64,000 nucleotides of DNA, from the NCBI RefSeq assembly GCF_006345805.1, contig NC_043010.1, positions 36,456,001-36,520,000 on the forward strand, written 5' to 3'. The notes beneath the pieces were generated by a model that was given only the letters and a program-made list of their open reading frames with translations, was not told the origin of the DNA and made no database searches. Position 1 is the stretch's first letter; each line of letters starts with the position of its first letter. Position numbers and translations under genes: made by a program. Positions 53,633 through 64,000 of the stretch are shown here, in pieces. The DNA is from Octopus sinensis (Eukaryota).

Positions 53633-54512
53633 GTTTTTCCTTTTCACAAAAACAGACATTATAACAAAGTCATCACTCAAAGAAAGTTCTCACTTTTATA
53701 GAATTAGTTGTTATGTTAAAGGATTGTTTATGTAAGCTGTTTTCCTTTGTACATTGTTTATATTTAACCAGGTTCGTTAATTTGATTAATTAGCGATGCA
53801 TAACCAAGGCACATTGACAAAACAGTATGTAATTAGCGGTATCACTAATGAACGTTATAACAACAGCCAACTTATCTAAACACAATTTTCCATGGATTAA
53901 TAATTTTACAGTTAGATGGGCCTTTAATTAAAGAAATGAGCAAGTTATCACTGCTAATTATTAAAATAGTCGGCAAAATTCAAAGACCAGTTTTGCTGAT
54001 AATCATTTTTATACATTCATATTTAGCAATTTATTCAAAATGGCTGCACTCAAAGCGCTTCATTCGTCGTATTTCTTATGATTGAAGCATAGATATTTTT
54101 CATATTATTCAGTGACATTTACAAATAAATACAGATAAACGATCAATAAGATGGGATTTGTGTTATCAATAATATATGAGTTTATTAATTTCATAAGATT
54201 TGAGTGGAATATAAAAGTTATTGTCTGGAATTTATTCAAACATGGCGTCAGATGATAACGACCGTGAGTAAACTGTAGGTAGATAGATAGGTGGCGCGAA
54301 CAGAGAGAAGGTTTTGGAGTTGTCCCATGCATAATGTCCTACTCTAGAGTTATTTCAAGTAAATCAATTATAAAATCGTGCGACTTATACAGAATAGTAA
54401 ATACGAAATATACGATATATGAATTTGCACCCCAGCATGGCCGTAGCCTCAAGGCTAAAACATATAAAACAATAAGAAAATAAGAAAATATTTGTATAGA
54501 TATGAGTATATA

Positions 54513-54546
<34 letters not shown>

Positions 54547-54769
54547 GGGGGGGAGAGAGAGAATAAAAAACTTGTAGATTTAGCGGTCAATCATGGCGAC
54601 ACACACACACACACATATATATATACACATATATAAATATATAGATATAAATACATATATATAACATACATATAACATATATATACATATATACATATAT
54701 ACATGTATATATATACCTATATACATATATATATACATATATACATATATATATACATACACACACACA

Positions 54770-54826
<57 letters not shown>

Positions 54827-55142
54827 ATAGGATTAGCTCGCATACGAGTAGGTATATATTTGTAAAAAATGAAGTTCGAAAATGCTGCTGTATTATACAA
54901 TTTTTAATTTTTATATATACATTATAACATGTTTCAGTTCCTGAAATGAACCTTATATATAAAAAAAGACAGCTCATGCCGTCAAACACAAGAAATTCAT
55001 TTATAATACACACAGATTCCGCAGTTGGGCCTTCCACATTTTCTAACTGCTGGTTTTGTGGTTGATGTTGAGTGCAGTGTAGCTTGGGTTAAAATCCTTT
55101 TCAAGGATTTTGGTTGCCGTTTACTTTTAATGATGGTGTGTT

Positions 55143-55750
55143 AAAAACCCTTCCCTACATCTCTACACACAACCCACTCAACAATGAGGCCTTCAACACC
55201 ATACTACAAAGCACAGCCCTACTAAAGGGAGACCCAAAGATGAACCGGATCCTCGAAACACACACCATCATTAAAATAAACGGCAACCAAAATCCTTGAA
55301 AAGGATTTTAACCCAAGCTACACTGCACTCAACATCAACCACAAAACCAGCAGTTAGAAAATGTGGAAGACCCAACTGCGGAATCTGTGTCATCTTGAAA
55401 GAAGGATCAGAATTCATACTGGAACAAGGCCACCAGTTCACCATTAGAACAAACTTCACCTGCGCATCAGAAAACTTAATTTACGTCATAACATGCGCAG
55501 GCTGCAATAGGCAGTATATAGGCCATACAAAAAATAGCTTACGTAACAGGGGCGGTGCATAAATCACAAATTAGAACCCTGATTACCGCAAAATACCGGT
55601 CAGCGGACACATAGATAGATGTGCTGGAAATGTAAATCCGAAATTTACAACTAACCCGCTCTATAAATTCAGTGACAACGCACCTTCACACAACGCCAAA
55701 ATAAAGAACTATATTTCATAAAAAAATTTAGACCAAGTTTAAAACCCCCT
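55143..55750 (+). pseudogene. PLE RT-thumb, Cys-rich linker and GIY-YIG endonuclease, frameshifted
   Basis: LPYISTHNP...KCGRPNCGIC...FTCASENLIYVITCAGCNRQYIGHTKNSLRNR...H; the Cys-rich linker resembles Neptune-type PLEs. Confidence 0.88.
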
Positions 55751-55933
55751 GGGCCAGGAATACTAAAACAAAAGATAAGTCCTCCGAAAAGGAGAAGCAA
55801 AATTCCACCACGGCCGCTACTTCAAACAGACACTCACTCTGACGGAAATATGCCTTAGTAAAAGGGAAAAAATTCTTTCGTGCAAATCTGACCCTGATAC
55901 ATACGATACAGCTACGGGTCAGACCCGATTCTG

Positions 55934-56337
55934 ATTGGTCAACAAGTTGATGACGTCTAGCTCTGCTAGAATGGACAGGATACAAACAGGGGACAGTCAT
56001 TAGTCAGAATATTGATGACGTTCTTTTCTGCTTGAATAGTCACCTAACAAGTACAGACAGGGGGCAGATCTAATGTAGCTATAAGTCGTGATTGGGCAGA
56101 ATCTGGATGACGTCCCGTTCTGCTTGACTAACGAAGCGACTGGTCAAAACAGGAAACAACAAGAGGCAGTTATAATGCAGCGATTGGTCAAAATAATGAT
56201 GACGTCCCGTTTATACTTTTTTTTACTACTAAGCCACCTAACGAAACGATTGGCCAAAACGTTGATGACGTCACGCTACACTGGATTGACCACCTAACAG
56301 GCATTATAAAACCGAGCACTTCACAAAAACTCACTAG
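55934..56337 (+). promoter_or_regulatory. PLE pLTR Pol II promoter: five CCAAT(rev)-N12-CRE modules, TATA box and Inr-like site
   Basis: ATTGG/ATTAG at 55934, 55999, 56091, 56183 and 56249, each exactly 12 nt before TGACGT; TATAAAA at 56305; TCACT at 56331. Confidence 0.7.
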
Positions 56338-56640
56338 AACCACCCAGCGAACATCCACCATGGGTCATCACATTTGCTTAAGGTAAAAATGAATTCCTCG
56401 CTCTTTCGGAAACATCAATCTTCTGTATTGACCGCTTTCCACCACTTTGATCTGTTTTTTGTATTGAATACGTATCGCCACCGTGGGCCACTGCATCGAA
56501 CACTTTGAACATATACTTCAAACTATATATCAACTATACATGAACTATATATCAACTATACATGAACTCTAAGATGTCTCACTCCGTTGTGTATTATAAA
56601 CGAATTTCTTGTGTTTGACGGCATGAGCTGTCTTTTTTAT

Positions 56641-56700
56641 ATATAACTTTTTTTGATAAGGTTCATTTCAGGAACTGAAACATGTTATAATGTATATATA
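56641..56700 (+). ncRNA. PLE pLTR minimal hammerhead ribozyme, U3-A8 variant
   Basis: UUGAUAA gguuc-auuucag-gaacu GAAA caug UU; stem I is imperfect. Confidence 0.68.
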
Positions 56701-56748
56701 AAAATTAAAAATTGTATAATACAGCAGCATTTTCGAACTTCATTTTTT

Positions 56749-56796
<48 letters not shown>

Positions 56797-56825
56797 TATA
56801 TATATATAATATATATATATATATA

Positions 56826-57241
56826 TCTTTCGCGTAAGAGTCCGACGGTCCCTATCTGAAAGTTTTGATTTTCTTCCAGAGTTTTGTTTCCATGAGGAGG
56901 TTTTTCTCTCTTTCTCAAAGGCTATCATTATTTTCGAGACAGTACTTTTTGATACACCAAGCATTTTGGCTGTTTTCGTTACGCTAGTGCCTGCCATACG
57001 AGCATCCAACAATTTGACCTCTTTGAATGTCCGATAGATCTGTTATTTTAATGAGTTTTAATTATCTTTTTCTGATGACGACTGAAAAGAAACAGCAAGT
57101 TTAGCAAAACATATTAAGCAATACTAATAATAAATAAAAAAACACAAAAATAAACAAGCTTTTGACGGTTTTATAGATATTTCAAAATTGATTCTATGAT
57201 TCTAAGATGCCAGGCGTTTCCATTATTTTGTCCAACCCCTG
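56826..57241 (-). mobile_element. Tc1-like transposon 5' fragment
   Basis: TA|CAGGGGTTGGACAAAATAATGGAAAC TIR; paired-like N-terminus ARMAGTSVTKTAKMLGVSKSTVSK...SGRKSKLSDRDRR. Confidence 0.87.
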
Positions 57242-57664
57242 TATATATATATATATATATATATAAGCATGCATGTATATTTAGATATGTACAGGCATAC
57301 ACACACAAATAGTATATACCTGTAATAAAAAAATATATCTTACACCTACAACATAGGCAGTCAAGGAACGAAATAACTTAGGAATCTCCACTATACTGGA
57401 AAATAAAATGTATTCAACTGGACAATAGCAACGGACAGATATATTAACAGGAGAACAAGAATCTTTAACGCACAGGGCAAATTCTCTTGTTAGTTGCGTA
57501 TCAAATATCAGCATGATTTCGACACCACCGTAGAGGTGTGTACGAATCTTAACTCACGCACATACATATACTCAACAAGCATACACACACATCACACACA
57601 CATCACATACACACACATACACACACACACACACGAACACAAACGCACACATGTATATGGTGAG

Positions 57665-58613
57665 AAGGCAGTGAGCTGGCAGAAACATTAGCACGCCGGG
57701 CGAAATACTTAGCGGTATTTCGTCTGTCTTTACATTCTGAGTTCAAATTCCGCCGAGGTCGACTTTGCCTTTCATCTTCTTGGGGGGTCGATAGATTAAG
57801 TACCAGTTATACACTAGGGTTGATGTAATCGATTTAATCCCATTGTCTGTCCTTGTTTGTCCCCTCTATGTTTACTTAGTTGTACTTGTACTTATGACGG
57901 CGTTCACCCAGGGCGGGTTGAGTCGGCTTCTTCTCTGGTCCTGAACAATGGCGGCTCACACTCGACGGTCCTGTGCAAGGTTACTGGAGATAGCGAGCTA
58001 TTCGCGGTTCATCTGCATAGACCGACCACCTGCGGACCTGAGAGTTCGGAGAGGTCCTCCTTTATCGTCGTTGCCCAGGTCTTCAGCTGTCCGCCCGTGC
58101 ATTTGCGCCAGTTCGGAAATGGAGGTGGGAGGAGGACATCGCGAATCAGCTCACCTTCTGGACGCCGGGCTGCATGACCAAACCACCTTAAGCGCCGTTG
58201 TAGAAGCACCTTGTGGACAATAAAGAAATAAACGTTAGCACGCCGTTAGCACGTTAGCACGCCGTATTTCGTCTGCCGTTACGTTGTGAGTTCAAATTCC
58301 GCCGAGGTCGACTTTGCCTTTCATCCTTTTGGGGTCGATAAATTAAGTACCAGTTACGCACTGGGGTCGATGTAATCGACTTAATACCTATGTTTGTCCT
58401 TGTTTGTCCCCTCTATGTTTAGCCCCTTGTGGGTAGTAAAGAAATAGGTATTTCGTCTGTCTTTATATTCTGAGTTCAAATTCCGCCGAGGATGACTTTG
58501 CCTTTCATCCGTACGGGGTAGATAAATTAAGTCCCAGGTGCGTACAGGGGTCCATCTAATCGACTGGCCTCCTCCCTAACACTTTCGGGTTTTGTGCCTA
58601 GAGTAGAAAAGAA
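57665..58613 (+). mobile_element. SINE family A copy (split by an RTE fragment) followed by a SINE A dimer
   Basis: 57665-57873 resumes at about 58206-58231; dimer junction at 58441-58454. Confidence 0.85.
57874..58207 (-). mobile_element. RTE-clade LINE 3' end nested in SINE A
   Basis: LQRRLRWFGHAARRPEG...GGQLKTWATTIKEDL...LAQDR; (CAAGTA)n-like tail. Confidence 0.87.
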
Positions 58614-59099
58614 CATGTACAAGGTGAGAGATAGTGAGGGAGAGGGAAAAGACAAAGACGCGTTCAGGAGGAGATAGAAAGGCACATATGTTTTATAGCT
58701 TAACGTTCATAGTTTAACGTGGAAATGTACTCGAGTGTCCAATACACTTTCACATGGTATGTATGAGAAAAATTGGCTTCGCTACTGTTGTTATCTATTC
58801 ACAGTTTTCACTGAAGATCACAGATAAAGTTCTCGATATGTATATATATATATATATATATATATGGTGTGTGTGTGTGTGTGTGTGTGTATCTATATGT
58901 TTCTATATATGTATGTGTATTTATATATGTACTTAGGGACATAAAAAAATGTGTCATCAACAATAATACATGTTATATATGTGTGTGTATGTGTGTTTGT
59001 GTGTGTGTGTGTGTGTGCGTGTGTATCCCTACATAAATATATGTGTTTATATATGTGTATTTATTTATGTATGTATGTCTGAATGGATGGATGAATGTG

Positions 59100-59130
<31 letters not shown>

Positions 59131-59200
59131 ATGCTATGCCATTCTTTCATGCATATACATTTTTATATACATTGCACATAAGTATATTTACATATATACA

Positions 59201-59233
<33 letters not shown>

Positions 59234-59279
59234 GCATGTGTATATATATATATCCATATATATATATATATACATATAT

Positions 59280-59316
<37 letters not shown>

Positions 59317-59600
59317 CCATATATACAAAGAAAAAAATATGCATGCATACTGCAGACAGGACAGAAAAATCAATAATCTTCGTTCTAACTGATTCTTCTG
59401 ATTTTAGAGAAAACTTCTTTTGGAAAGAAACTGTGATGAACAAGAAGAATATGAAGGAGGAAAAATCTTCGACTTGGCCAAAATCTTTTTTCTGTTTTTT
59501 TTGTTTTTTTCACTTTTATCTTTCCAGTTCTGTTTGAAGAAGAGGAGACAGAAGGACTGACAGTAAATACAGCAAAAGTTAACAGCGACAACAACAAATT

Positions 59601-59674
<74 letters not shown>

Positions 59675-60656
59675 ACAAGTGAGAAAACAAAGGGAAAAAT
59701 CAATAGAGTGCTCTTTGAGATGATTGCAATTCCTCTATGTAGGTGATAATTCTGGTAGAATCAATTGGAGAGAGAAAAATTGAGGAATATGGAAGAAAAG
59801 GGCAAAAAAAAAGAAAAATAGAGAAGAAAAAGAAAAAAATTGAACGAAATAAAGAAATCATCTGTTGACCCCCAGGACACTTTTGGAAGCAAACAGAAGT
59901 TTACTATTGTTGTTGTTGTTGTTGCTGTTGTTAGACGTCATTATCATTACCATCACGACGACGACGACGACCACCACCACACCACCATCATCACCACAGC
60001 CGCCGTCTCCACTACCACCACCATCACCTCCGAAACCATTTTCCTCTTCCTTCTTCTCATCGCCATCCTTATCTTTGTCATTGTTTTCGCCATTTCGCTT
60101 CAGCAAATATATTCCAAGCCTGCATGTGTATGTATGTATGTATGTATGTATGTATGTATGCATTGTTTTTATGTGTATCTATGTATGCATGTATGTATGT
60201 ACGTATGTACGTATATATATGTGTGCGTATATATATATACTCATGTATGTATATGCATATGTATATATATGCGGACTGTATATGTGTATGTTTATAATTC
60301 TTTCTAAAGCTTGCACTTTTTTTTTGGGGGGGGGAAGAGGGGTTGCTCGTTTACATCGACCCCAGTGTTCAACTGGTATTTTATTTTATCAAACCCAAAT
60401 TTCGAAAGGCAAAATGGACGCACACACACACACACACACACAACATTTACATGGATGTGTTTGGGGGTATATATGTGTAGGAAGAGACAGACAGAGAGAG
60501 AGAGAACTCTGAGTTACCAAAGTGCAAGATACCAAAGTAATTCAAAGCAAACCGATAACTGCGATTTTCCATTATTACTGCTTGAGGTTTGGTCATTGTC
60601 ATGTGTAAGAGCGGAAACCGCTACCCAACCCAACACGAGAGAGCACGTGTATAACA

Positions 60657-61164
60657 TCTATATATATAAAACTGTAGTTGTGTGAGTGTCTGTCCCCTTC
60701 GATTTAGATTCCTAACTACTCCCACATTTTGCGGTGCAGTTTAACCAAATTCGGATCTTATAGTCGTGATTCATATCGAGCCTGTTTGAGTATTAGCGCG
60801 TTCTACGATGAGTCTACGATTTTAGAAATAATTTAACATCATTTTTTATTCCATTTTAATGCATAATTTTTCGTGTGTCGATGGCGGCGGAGTTGGCATC
60901 CATGGTCACACCTGCACCTGTTTGCTTCTCCCCCTTTTTCCCTCCCTCGTGAAGCTGTGGGGAAGGGAGTGTAAGGAAATCAACGTCGTAAAGCGTTGTC
61001 AAGGAGACCAGCGTTCTTTTAGAACAACGACTTCATGGCTTGAAGACACCAAAACAGAAATGGCTAAGAAAGCCCGAATTGGCATCTATAAGGGAAGTAA
61101 CTCTAAAAATGCTTATATAGTTATTTCCCTTACAAACCCGAGCAACGCCGGGCGATACTGCTAG
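60657..61164 (+). mobile_element. Non-autonomous Helitron, copy 2
   Basis: A|TC...CCCGAGCAACGCCGGG...CTAG|T; highly similar to 46703-47215. Confidence 0.9.
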
Positions 61165-62999
61165 TATAACATAACTTTAGAAATAGCACGACTAAGACAG
61201 CCTGTATAATTATACCTGAAGCTGCGATGGCTTTTTTCGAAAGGAAGCAAAAAAATTTGTACATAAACGCAAAATTAAATTGGCTGCACTTAAACATCTA
61301 CATCGGGGATCTTTTTGTCCGACTCTCTAACATATTTCAATTCACCACCCTTTCCCGTTAAACTGATGGGACATTGTTATATATAAAATATGATATGTTA
61401 GCAAAAATCATGAAATAAGTCTATTTTGTTCGCTTCCATTAATATTCATTTAAATTTCAACGCTCTATTTTAAATAATTAAACGTTATATGTATTTCAGC
61501 CGCACTAGACGGAAGAAAATATGGCAAGTCAATAATTTTCTCTCTATTTCAAAGAAGTGTGTTTTCTGATTTAATGTTCATTTTTACTAAACAAAATGAG
61601 TCCATGAAGAAAATTACTTTCGATGTTTTTTCAAGTTCAATGAAATTTTTTCTCCTTCTTTCAAAATTTGGCCTATTTTAGTCGATAGTAAGAACTAACC
61701 TACTTTGGGTTATTTAGAGCAAAAAATCGAAATTTTCTAGTGACTCTACTCTGCAGATTGATCAATTATGAATATTTTATATATTTTGTCTACTAAGATA
61801 TTTCAGTAAAAATATGTGTTCAAATGATCGTTCGATTGGCTAAAAATTGTGAAGTTTTTAAACGTTTTGAACCGACATCATCGGTAAAAATATTCACGGA
61901 TCTTGTCTCCAGACAAGACCAACCAACCACCAACCAACCAACCAGCCAATCAACGATGTTAGTAATAAACATGCATGGACTTTACCTCTCGGCCAGAGAT
62001 ATACTTTTGTCTAATAAACAGTAATATGTATTATCTGATAATGTACTGAAAATATTAATTCTTAAATTTAAAAATAACTGTCCAAGATTTCACTAAAAAC
62101 ATTATTTTTCTTTTTTTGTCTTTTCTGTGCTAAAAATATTTTGATGCTGTCTCAAAAATGCATGGATTTCTATTCATACTCAATGAAGCAAAACGGAAGC
62201 GTTTCATTGAATTTTGAATTCACAGCGTATTTATTTTTCTTGTAGTGTTTTTTATATATATTTTTCCAGCGATATACCTCATAACAAACTGTTCGAGTAG
62301 AAAATTGCGGTCGATTTTTCTTTCTATTTTTTTTTTTTTTTTGTTCTTTTCAAGTTCAACATGTCAAAAGCAATGTGACGTAGAAAGTGAACCAGAAAGC
62401 ATTGTTATTGCAGTTAGTTGCTAAACAACGTCATTTTGAATCAATGTCATTTAATCTATGTTCATATATATAAACAAATATATAAATGCTGGAAAATAGC
62501 TTCGTCTGACGGATAAATCTAACCTCAATAATATTTTTAAAAGCCCACAACGGGGAAAAAGTATGTGAAGAAAGAAAGATGAATGATTATGAATCCTTTG
62601 TTATATATTTGGTATAGGATCAAAAGAACGACACATATTCTTATGCCGAGTGTCTCTCTTATTTGTCGCCAGCGTCTTGCAGAATCAGAATAAACTCTTG
62701 CCAAGTTGAAAACCAATTTTCAAAAACATCCTTAATGTTCGTATAAATATCTCTAGTATATTCTAAGCAGATGCTGGAAACATAATCTCAAAAGAAAAGT
62801 TTTCTCATATCTATTTTTACTCCGAAAGATGAGCATTCGATCTTCAGAAAAGAAGAGTGTCATAAAAAAGAAAGAAAAACTCGTTTTTAATTCGGTTTTC
62901 GTGCTTTTCCTCAACTATGGTCTTGAATGTTGGGTAATTATCGAAAGAGTACGACTGGGAATATAAGCAGCTGAAGATTTCTGGGGTAACGCTACTCGA

Positions 63000-63285
63000 T
63001 AGGATGCGCAGCTCAGGGATGTAGGAGTCTTTTCAGGTCGAGCTGTCATTTCTCTGCATTGAGAGATTACAACTCTAATACTAAAGACGTGATTAGAAAG
63101 TCGTAGAAGAGAATCACTACCGGCAGGAACCTAGGATCAGACCATGATTAGGAAGGTTGGGTAATGTCCGCAGAATCAGTTGGGCATGGTTGGTAATCCA
63201 GCTGAAAAGTGTTATGTCGGTTGCTTCCGGCAGGACCTTATGGAGGAGGTGTTTGAGAACTCCACACCAAGACCATCCCATGAAT
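63000..63285 (+). pseudogene. Degenerate RTE-like LINE 3' fragment
   Basis: PRIRP...SWAWL...SVASGRTLWRRCL resembles the RTE C-terminus. Confidence 0.5.
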
Positions 63286-63674
63286 GGATGGAAGCACTCC
63301 GTCGGTTTCGACGACGAGGGTTCCGGTTGATCCGAATCAATGGAACAGCCTGCTCGTGAAATTAACGTGTAAGTGGCTGAGCACGCCACAGACACGTGTA
63401 CCCTTAACGTAGTTCTCGGGGATATTCAGTGTGACACAGAGAGTGACAAGGCCGGCCCCTTGAAATACAGGTACAACAGAAACAGGAAGTAAGAGTGAGA
63501 GAAAGTTGTGGTGAAAGAGTACAGCAGGGATCACCACCATCCCCTGCTGGAGAATCGTGGAGCTTTTAGGTATTTTCGCTCAATAAACACTCACAACGCC
63601 CGGTCTGGGAATCGAAACCGCGATCCTATGACCGCGAGTCCGCTGCCCTAATCACTGGGCCATTGCGCCTCCAC
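63286..63674 (-). mobile_element. SINE family C, full length
   Basis: tRNA-like head GTGGAGGCGCAATGGCCCAGTG...GGTTTCGATTCCC; TSD ATCCCATGAAT at 63275-63285 and 63676-63686. Confidence 0.9.
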
Positions 63675-64000
63675 TATCCCATGAATCACTATTCATGGGA
63701 GGAGAAAATGGATAGATGGACGGATTAATGGATGGATTGATAGATTAATGGATGGATTGAGGGATAGAAAAACAATAATCATATTCTCCAGACCCTCTTT
63801 TCGAATTATTATAGTCGTACGTAACCAAAATTTACAGATGCCTACTCTCGGTCGTAAAGTTTAGATAATAGCTTTGTCTGGCCATTATTCCGAATACACA
63901 GCAACAAAACGCCCTGACTTCATGCAAATACATTCATACAGCCAGGTTTTCATATATACCCCGTTGCCAATGGTTCTCCGCATTGCAAACTTGTTGAATA

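Larger units (their letters stand above)
54853..56759 (+). mobile_element. 5'-truncated Penelope-like element with inverted 5' duplications
   Basis: GIY-YIG ORF remnant, pLTR-like promoter and HHR; 54853-55012 is the inverse of 56588-56759, and 55009-55141 is the inverse of 55260-55391; flanked by (TA)n. Confidence 0.9.

Noticed and set aside
63590-63674. tRNA gene
   Set aside because: This is the tRNA-like head of a TSD-flanked SINE; there is no acceptor stem, and the same head recurs at about 41140-41223.

Overview
AT-rich, microsatellite-saturated animal intergenic or intronic DNA; the SINE and microsatellite repertoire resembles Octopus (inference from recalled repeat families, not a search). 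No host protein-coding gene can be supported, and almost all ORFs in the track are microsatellite artefacts. The window is a nested mosaic of three tRNA-derived SINE families, decayed Tc1/mariner, maT(DD37D) and pogo transposons, R4/Dong-type and RTE LINE fragments, two non-autonomous Helitrons and a 5'-truncated Penelope-like element (PLE, GIY-YIG). The main hidden signal is RNA-structural: about nine minimal type I hammerhead ribozyme (HHR) motifs with unrelated stem sequences, mostly in short (TA)n-embedded and sometimes fold-back PLE-like insertions. Five carry the compensatory U3-A8 core (UUGANAA), and one has a canonical core with a 60-nt stem II inside a 514-bp inverted-repeat element. 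Also notable are a PLE promoter built from five ATTGG-N12-TGACGT modules, a TSD-bounded six-unit SINE multimer whose junction recurs at other loci, and a 117-bp pseudoknot-forming insert. Repeat boundaries were read by eye and are approximate unless motif-level coordinates are given.
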